Shown in pieces: positions 53,277 through 64,000 of a DNA stretch of 64,000 nt (its first letter is position 1; the number at the start of each line of letters is the position of its first letter). The position numbers were made by a program, and so were the translations under genes. Below the pieces are notes generated by a model. That model did not search any database, had not been told where the DNA came from, and saw nothing but the letters and a program-made list of their open reading frames with translations. This DNA is from Podarcis liolepis (Eukaryota), in NCBI GenBank assembly GCA_965112155.1, contig OZ218100.1; one strand, 5' to 3'.

Positions 53277-54436
53277 TATCATTAAGACTACATAAACACC
53301 AGTCTTTGAGCATGTGGATCTTTTGCATCTGCTTGGTGTATAGTAATGAGCCGAAGCAGGTTATTCCTCTCTACATTGTTTTGTTGGGAAAACAGAAGGG
53401 ATCCATTCTGTTCTGTCAAGGTTCTGGTGTGAATGCCCTCTTTGAACCAACTCAGTTTGGAGTATGCAAGGAAAGGACCTAGCATGGGCTGTTCTGGGAT
53501 GGTACCTTACTGGCAAATCACGGCTGTTTACCAAGAAAAGAAAGTGGGGAGGTGGTGTGGTGCAAATACAGCACAGAAGTGCCAGATTGGCTTCACTGCT
53601 CAGATTCCAGGTGTAATAGATTTTGGAAACATCCGTATAGGTGTGCAACTACTGTGAACAGAAGAAAAGTAATACATTTGACATCTCAGCTATACTTCTC
53701 CCCCCCCATCCCCTCATTCAGAGATGGTGAAAATCTTGAATGGCAACTTGCCTTTCCCAGAAAGCACAACCCAGGCATTCAGTCTTGTTGCCTAGAAGGC
53801 AGCAATGCCTATGCTGTACTCCCCAGACATGTATTTTTTCTGACAGGAGAAGCGTTGTCATTGCAGCAATCAGATCTGCAGAGACCTTGTATGCTTGGAT
53901 CCACTGGCTGGAATGAAGGTCTGACCCTTGCCTTGGGAGACTCTTTTACATATACTCCATGTCATTACCTCTCCCCAGCCTTGGGCATATTAAAATGAAG
54001 CCCTCTGCCACCTCACCCTTTCTTTCAAATTAAAGTCAAACCACAACTCCAGGCACAGTGCAGGCAAGTCTGATACCAGAGCTGGTCTTCAGGCAAATTC
54101 CTGCAACTCTTTTTGTACCTTCCCAGAATTATTCTGCTGGCTTCCAACTGAATAAGTGGATGCCACACAAAATGTAACTTCTTTGCATTTATATTTTCAA
54201 ATTCATAGATCTTATTCTAGTTTTATGGAGATTTTCATTATGCCAACAGCCAGGATTTCCACAATGTAATCATTATGTCAGGATATGTCTGTGCACCAAA
54301 AGATTTTTAGAATATTCCCTTACTGACAATACTTTCCAAATGTCAGTGCATGGAAGATTGTTGAATTATTGGCACTCACAATGAGAATCAGTAATGTACA
54401 AACAACAAGTTGCTTTAGAAAAAAACAACAACATAG

Positions 54437-54742
<306 letters not shown>

Positions 54743-55590
54743 TAGCCATTGCCGCCGTTCCTGTCTATAGTTATTCTTTTTCTTTAGTAGATCAATGTGA
54801 GATTATGCTGCGAAGTCAGTGACATGATAACCATATAGATTGAATTTCAGTATGATGTAATCAGAGCAAATAAAATAAGTTAGGAGTGAGGACAATGCTT
54901 CTTGGATTAGTTACATATCTCATTCCACTCAGTCAGGAATCCAGTAGGTAGCTACTTAGATGTGTGTATTCGTTCTCTCTTTTTCTGAAGTTCAGAAGTG
55001 AATGCCAGAACTTACATTCCAAGAACAGAGACATTCACATATGAGAGATATATGAACATGCATGGAGGAACCCCAAGGTTTTCCAGTATAAAACATACTT
55101 AGGGGAAAAACAACCTTTCCTAAGTATACTCAATAGGTATGGAATGCTGCCTGTTGGAGGCAGTGGGAGGGGGACAGAAACCTAAGCAGGAGAGGGAGTA
55201 GAATATTGAGGAGGAAGGCATATGCAACTCACTGGAACAGTGAATAGGAACATTCCACATCACCAACATTTTGTTGCAAATCTCAGGGCTAAGCCCCAAG
55301 CAAGTCATTGTAAGTAAGAAGGAAGCAGTGCAAATAAGCAGGTGGATGTTTTCTTCAAGCTGTTTAGAAATGTAATTTTAAAAAGGTGTTTTTGAACATG
55401 CTGCAGTTTATTTATGAAAAACGGTACTTAGTTTCAGCAAAAGCGAGTGATTTTATTGTATTACGTCTACCAATAAAACAGTACATAAAAACAACCCATC
55501 TCAAATGTAAATGTTTCATGCCAGTGTGTATAGAACATAGGCTTCTGTTCTCTAGTTATTTTGTTCATGATTTCTCTCTGTTCATTTTAA

Positions 55591-56389
<799 letters not shown>

Positions 56390-58445
56390 TATGTATGGTC
56401 TCAGTAGCACTATATATATATATATTTGTCTCAAATAGTCATGGGGAATTCAGTATATTTTTAAGTGCCTTTGTAATTGATTCATGGCGTGTTTTGCAAT
56501 CTTAGCTATTTTCTTTTCATTCACAAGGTGTGTTATTTATTGTCATGATTGTCTTCAGAGATTAGATTAGGCACCTATAGGGTACACAGTACCATGCAAC
56601 CTGATGTCTTAACCCATGTGCTGAACTCCTCATGTTCAGCATTCATATGCCAGTGATTTACAGAACAACCCAAAACCTCTTTGGGCAGTGGTGGTGGTGG
56701 TGGAGGACATAGATGTCCCTCTGTCCAGCCCTGCAAGGCTAACTTCGCCACCTGCTAGCTACCACCCTCATTGTTACATTCTGGTGACGATCCCCACCTT
56801 CTACCTGTCAAACAAATGGGTGTGGGGTGGAGTTTCCACTGTTAATATCACCTCTGCTGCCGTTGTGTGATTCCTCTTAGCTTGAACTCTTGAAGCCAAT
56901 TTTCATGAGCATTGGAGGCTACAGGAACTGGGAGGGATTGGCCAAAATCTCCTTCCTTCCTCTTCCATTAGTGAAGTCAATCACTGGATCACAAATTCCT
57001 TCTGTGATCAGAAGAAGTAACTGAATTCCATCCTACAAGACCTGCCCCCAAATAAGGTGTATGGGATTGCAGCAATCATGATTTCGAATGCTTTGGACAG
57101 CATCCAATGTTTTTCTGTTTAAATGAAGGCACCCCCACTAGAGTTGTGCTATTGAAAGGGGTCACTGTAGGAGGGGAAGTCATTGGATTTGACCCTATGT
57201 GTTTTTTTGTCTTCTGCTACTTATAAAAATATAGTTCCAGATTCAAAGATTGGGGGTGGGTAGCATTTCATTATCATGTAACAAATTGTTCAGCAGTGTT
57301 GTATTGTTTGCTAGTTTGGGGAGGGAGGGGTAGTGTTTATGTTTATTCATCACTGGCATTAGGATATAGGATTACTGTGTCTAGTGGCATTTGAGAATAG
57401 GAAATGCTATTCTCAGCATCTCGGAATGAATCAAGTAAGTAAGCCTGCTTTATTTATCTCTGGAGAACCTTGCAGCTAGTCAAGTTTCCATTTTTGGAAG
57501 ATGAATGCATTAGGATCCCTAGCTGCTAAAGCTTTAGCCAGGGCCATGCGGCTTGTGGCATTTAATTAGATTTAATAAATATGCTACCACAATTTGGGGA
57601 TTTTCAATCTTCTTGTGAAATATAGGAACAGATTTCCCAGGACTGCCTGCCTGCTAATGTTAAGATACCTCTGAGAGCAGCATCCCCATTCCTGAATGAA
57701 CACTCTAATCTGGCCTGCAAAGTCAATCATTTTATTTATCACCCAGTATTCCAGATTGACCCTATTACATGTTTGCTTTTCCACTAGGCTGATTTCTATT
57801 TTGTTTCATAGCACTAAAAGATGAATAATAATTACTACAGAAAATGCAATTTCTCTCTGATACCATCTAAGAAGACTAACTTGTCAACATTATGGTTTAG
57901 AATTAGACTGAGGATTAGGAGGGAGAGGTGCCCATAGCTAGCCTGATTGTATATTCTGTTCACAGCTAGTGAAATATTAGATTTCAAGCTTTGGATTTTG
58001 ATATAATGGCCCTTCCTCCCCCCTCCCCACAAACTAATGCCATTTTCTCTACATATTTCTTTTTGTCTCCAGTAAACTGCCCTCCTTTTTGTGATGACTC
58101 ACATTTCTTTATATTTCATACTTCACAAAAAGCAGGGTGATTAGCTGTTACATGAATGAGCGGAACCTCTACAAAAAAATCCTCAAAGAAGACTGTTGAC
58201 ATTTTATAATGTTAACTACCCTCACATTTTCAGTACAATTGGGTTTTAAAGGGAGTCATTTGCTCTCATTTCCATAATTATGCCATGCTGGCTTATTTCC
58301 TATAGCTCTCTGAAACACCCAGTGCTGGCCCAAGACATTAGCCCTTGCAAAGCCTATATGGTTTACTCTAGCAAGAATGAACTCACATTCTACCATTTCA
58401 GGGCCTTTCCACAAATGCAGTTTGTTTGCTTGTTCATTTGTTGTA

Positions 58446-58685
58446 CAGTGATACCTTGGTTTACAACCATAATCCGTTCCAGATCCGTCTGGTTGTAAAC
58501 CAAAGCAGGTTGCAACCCAAGGCATGCTTTCGCCAATGGGGCCTCCCCCCCAAAAAAACAAGTGTTGTAACCCAAAAATAAATGGGCTGTAATAAATTAA
58601 AAAAAGGGATACGCACTTCCGGGTTTGACGTGGTTGTAATCTAAAACGGTTTTAATCCAAGTGGTTGCAAACCAAGGTACCACTG
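58446..58685. mobile_element. Tc1/mariner (Tigger-like) MITE
   Basis: TA TSD; TIRs cagtgataccttggtttacaacca/tggttgcaaaccaaggtaccactg. Confidence 0.88.
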
Positions 58686-60238
58686 TATTTATTAAATTTA
58701 TATTCTGCCCTCCTCCCCCCCAAAGGAGCCCAGGGCAGCAAACAACAAGCAATAAAACAATGGAAACTGCTTTGTATTAGTATTTGTATTTTTAAAAAAG
58801 TATCTGTCATCATTCAAAGAAGTTTTGTAGGTGTCCCAATGGGTTCCCCATTTAAATCAGGCAAATCTGTGATCAGTAGTTGCTGGACTACAATTCTCTT
58901 CATTGTATGATGGCTAGGGTTCATGGGATTTGAAATCTAACACCATTTGGAGGGTCACATGTTTTACAGTGCTTCTTTAAGAAGCAGTATGATAATCATT
59001 GCTTCTTCTTTAAAATATACATGGAAACACAAGGGTTGGAGCTTTGTGGCATTGCTAGTACTTCCTAGATATTCCACATGTTATCCTATGCCGTAATGGG
59101 CATAGGCAACACTTGACCAAGAGAATGAGCTTTAGTATCGCCTCCATTTGCTATGTTGATGGACAGATACTAAGAAAAATAAGGGATACATGTCATGTGG
59201 CAAAGGTATTTGAGAGCAGAAGCAGTAAAGGAAGCAGTAAAGGAGTCTAGAAATGTTGTGAAATGCTGAAAAGCTGCGGAATCATTTAGCATGCTGAGTC
59301 ACTGTGACTTATCTTGAGGATGACTCATTCTCTGTATAAGTATTGTATCTGCTTGCAGGCAGACTAGGTGTCTCACTCAGTCTCTGTGACTCAGTATCTG
59401 CAGTGTGTCTGTGTGAGGTGGAGCCTGTGCTCTGTGAAGCCTGTGCTCAATGGAAACTCTGTATGCTCTGAAGCTAGTTTAATCTTCTGTTCATTATGCT
59501 GTTATTTGCAAACAAGTTTAATTTTAACTTAGTGAAGCTTTTATTCTTTTACTGAAGAAGACTCTGCATTATTAATTTACGTTGCGCATCAGTACATCCA
59601 GTTTGGACTTGTGTGGGACTTCTACAGGGCTTCTACTGCTAAAAAGCAACTGAATGGGAGAAGGCCTATTACTCTGTATATTGTATTTTGCTACTGAATA
59701 GTGAGGAGCTGGGATGTAGCCACTCTAGGCAATAAAGGTCATCCATATTGCCAGGGCCTGTGGTGGAAGCATAAGCATGCCATCAATGCAATCGTGTAGA
59801 CTGAGCCCAGTTGTGAAGTGTGTGGAGTCCAAAAACCCATACTTTGTCACTTAGCAGCAAATGGTGTTGTACATAGAATGCAGCCATACAAAAGCCCTAT
59901 TTGCTTATCCAGCGGTTTATTCCCCCCCCCCCCGCTGCTTTTAGCTGAAATCAAAAGAATATTTCTTCTCCAAAGTAGTCTGAATCAAATCAGTCACACT
60001 ACATTCCACCCAAAAGGTGTGTTTCTTGTGGACTTGGTCTGTCGTACTCATCTATTTAAAGTTTAGCTGTCAAAATTAAAGAGTGGCTTGACTGAATTTT
60101 GGTGTGACTGTTGTGGAACAAAAGTGACTCAAGGAATTCAACCTGATCGGTATAATGATGCTTTTAGCCAACAAATCATCTTTCAGTTTGTTTAAGGAAG
60201 CCTCTGTTAGTGCAAACTAAAATCTCTGTAGTTTCTAG

Positions 60239-60562
<324 letters not shown>

Positions 60563-61818
60563 TAACACTTAAATTCTCTCTCCATTGATTAATACTGGTC
60601 GTGTCCAATTTAAAAGAGCAATTTGTCATTTCAAAAGTAATTGAGTACCAGCTGGTTGGTAGGCAGTATAGTGTTTCACATAATAACCTATTAGATTAAC
60701 AAGGTTGATGCATGTTTTGCTGAATATTTATTATCAGTGTGACTGCCTCTAAAATCATAAGTATAATATGGAGCATAATGTCAATGTCTAGAAATCACCC
60801 TTCTGTTAATTAATTGATTTTTTCCCCATGAAACATCCTTTATAGCAGATTTATAACTGATACAATTAGAAGTCTGCTGTTACAATGTCATATTTTAGAA
60901 TAACAAGATCCAAAATAAATTCATCCAAACAATGCACTTAACACTGTGTTTTGTCAGTGAAACTCGCTAATGGAATTGTGTTTACTGTTTTGAATTCTTT
61001 TGCATGTATTAAGTGTCCCCCCTTTTTTTTTTTACTCAAGACTTGTGCATTACAATTATTAATAATACTGACAGGGACAGTGTGACTTTAGCGAGAATAA
61101 AATAAGATCATAGTGATTTGAATCATAATAGCTAATATAATTTTACCTGAGTACATTCAGCTCCTAGTATATTGTCACAGGGCAGAAGAAAGTTCTGTTT
61201 TCCACCTTGGACATAACTAATTCCAAGACCACGGAGTTTCATCTTTATTTTTATTGAAATTCTCTTTAATCTCGATGTTAAGAAGCATTCATCCTCTCTC
61301 TGCTTCATATCCAATATAAATATAATTAAAATTAATATATTAATGTTGCATGGGCAGGCCTGGCAAGCAACCACAGTCCGTCCTGTCTTGGCTGATCTGG
61401 GGCAGGTAGCTGCAGGGTAGCTTCAAACCTACCTCTCTTCTGTGGCACAGACCCTATTTCTCTGCCAGCTTCAAAGAAGGGTTTTGTTTTATTTTTCTCT
61501 CTTTCATTTTGTCTGTCTACCTCTCTTACTCTGAAGACTCTGTGGCTGTTTTCCTGACCCATTCTCTACAACCTTCCCCTTCCTCTGTGGTGCTTTTTCC
61601 TACTCCAGTCTCACCATGAATTTTGTGGGGAAATTGGACTGGAATAAGAAAAAGGAAGAAATTCTGGCATAAAGTCACCTGAATTTAAAATATCATTTCC
61701 ATGGTTTGGCAGCCATGGTCACTATTAGAGAAAATTTAATTGAATGTTCATATTTCTGTGCATACATATATTTATAGATACTTCCTTTGAATGTGAAAGT
61801 GTGTCTTACTTTGGTTGA

Positions 61819-62061
<243 letters not shown>

Positions 62062-62856
62062 TGAACTACTTCATAATAGTAGAAATGAATTGATTGTTGA
62101 TTGATCACTCCTCTTCCCAAACCCCAGCCAAATCTAAAGAAAAACATCAGCTTGCTTACATGTGTTTATTTATTTATGGCATGTATATGCCATCCCATCA
62201 ACTATTTTCCCAGGGTGGTGTAAAACAGTAAATTACAGTTAAAAACAATCAATACAAAAATATAAAGGAAAACAAATCACACAAGTGTAGCAGCCCAAAC
62301 AGCATCATGAAAGCATCACAAGGCAGCATAAAACCAATAACCCTATGATGTAGATCTCTTAAGTCTGGGCAAGTATATAGTTCTCCATGTTCCCAGAGTT
62401 GCAGAGTATCTTTGGCTCAGAGCCAGTCCAAGAAATTTTGCTGTCCATGGCAAAGGGCAAGATACCACCATGTAATTCCATGAGCAGAGGCTGACTAGAT
62501 TGGCAGTTGAATCTTCTTTCAACACTGGCAATGGAATAACATCCTCCACTGTGCCTGGGGATGGCTGGCTGCTTCAAAGAGCGCATGATAGGCTGTGTAG
62601 CATGCAAGTCTCTGATATCCAGTAGAAGGGAATAGGTAGGAAGCTTAAGAGGAATGCCACTGCTGCCTCACCTCAGCACCCGCTGCCTGAGTGCAGCATC
62701 TTTTTCACTTTGTCTAATGGTAAGTCTGGCCTGGTCAAGTAACACACCCTCTCATTTCACCCCACATGGCGCAATGAAGCTAAAATCACTCCTGTCTACC
62801 CCACTTATTATGCTTAAAAGAACCAGTTGCAGAATCAGGATTGATGTTGCAGGGCA

Positions 62857-62916
62857 TTGGGCTAGATGACTATCGGGGTCCCTTCCAACTTTACAGTTCT
62901 GTGATTCCATGATTCT
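62857..62916 (+). mobile_element. CR1 LINE 3' terminus
   Basis: ttgggctagatgac...ggtcccttccaact...ttctgtgattccatgattct. Confidence 0.78.
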
Positions 62917-63181
62917 TTGTTCCTTTTATCAAAGCATTATTTTATACATAGTTAAATAAAGCAATATCACCATCTGCTGACAGCTAGAGAAACAACTAAC
63001 GAGGGCATCCAAGTGCATTCGGTTAATTTAACACCATAAATAAGATGGAAATAAAATCCAGCTGTGGGGTACTGATTAGAAGTGGATATCAGCTATGTGT
63101 GGAGGCCAAAAAACGAGGCAGATGGAAGTGCCAATATCCCCTCACCCTCAAGTCAGATCAGGGCCTCCCAAAAGTCTTGTA

Positions 63182-63531
63182 CAGTGGTATCCCGCAAGAC
63201 GAACGCCTCGGAAGACGAAAAACTCGCTAGACAAAGGAGTTTTTCATTTTCTTAGCCGCTTCGCAAGAAGCATTTCCCTATGGGCTTGCTTCGCAAAACG
63301 AAGCTTGCTGGGCAAGCAACAGGGAGATTGCTGGGCAGGCAACAGGGAGAAGCAATCTTCTCCCCGCCACCCCTTGCTTTAAACAGGTCCGGGGACAGAG
63401 GGGAAGGCGCGCGGCGCTTCCCCTCTGTCCCTGGACGGTCTCCATAGGAACGCATTGATTGATTGATTGAAAAACTCGCAAGAAGAAAAAACTTGCGGAA
63501 CGAATTAATTTTGTCTTGCGAGGCACCACTG
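63182..63531. mobile_element. Tc1/mariner-type MITE
   Basis: TA TSD; TIRs cagtggtatcccgcaagacgaa/ttgtcttgcgaggcaccactg; shares arms with 40546-40874. Confidence 0.88.
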
Positions 63532-64000
63532 TATTGTTCTTTTTTTATTATTACTTGTTTAAGACGGAGCATACACTTGAACAACATGAAAGAAAGAAAG
63601 AGAAAATTGAATTAAAATCAAAATTAAGCATGTTCTGTTTTTAATTCATTTTTCTATTCAGAATAACTCCAAGTTTTTGTATATCTGTTTCTCTAGGGAA
63701 GCTGGCTTTGCAAGAAGTGAGGTTGTCCCACATGTTGTCAGTAAAGCACCAAAGAGCTCTGGACTGGGTTTTTGTTGTTGTTAAAACCCGGCAGTACAGG
63801 ATTTTATTTTTATTTTTTAAACCCTCGAAGTCATAAAAAACCCAGAGCTGTTCAGAACTTCACTGGCAATGTTCTGGACAACCTCATATTGTAAAGCCTC
63901 TTGGAGACCTGTAAAACTTATATTGGAAGCATAAAGTCTATCTCAGAGGATACAAACAAACTCTGGAAAGGTTTTTAAAATGTACAAACAAGAATAAATA

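Noticed and set aside
59000-59630. Possible further solo LTR (also 25990-26600)
   Set aside because: LTR-like composition, but I could not identify termini or TSDs.

Overview
Vertebrate genomic DNA, almost certainly a lacertid lizard (Podarcis-type Sauria SINEs plus a Bov-B LINE). The whole window lies inside one large + strand gene, CSMD1. Twelve coding exons (1892 nt, one continuous frame) encode Sushi-CUB-Sushi-CUB-Sushi-CUB-Sushi and the start of a further CUB domain. The introns carry Sauria SINEs, Bov-B/L1/CR1 fragments, hAT and Tc1/mariner MITEs, solo LTRs, Penelope-like fragments and microsatellites. Most interesting: (1) a TSD-flanked Penelope-like insertion forming a 138-bp hairpin with a minimal hammerhead ribozyme motif on each strand; (2) a 91-bp MORC1/2 coding fragment between 10-bp direct repeats with no poly(A); (3) a hAT element carrying a CpG-rich promoter/first-exon-like cassette antisense to CSMD1; (4) an LTR inside an LTR inside a MITE; (5) a GC splice donor and an AG|GTGAGA recursive-splice-like exon; (6) a candidate internal CCAAT/TATA promoter. 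Gene and repeat-family identities come from recalled sequences, not database searches. Most ORFs in the supplied track are spurious.
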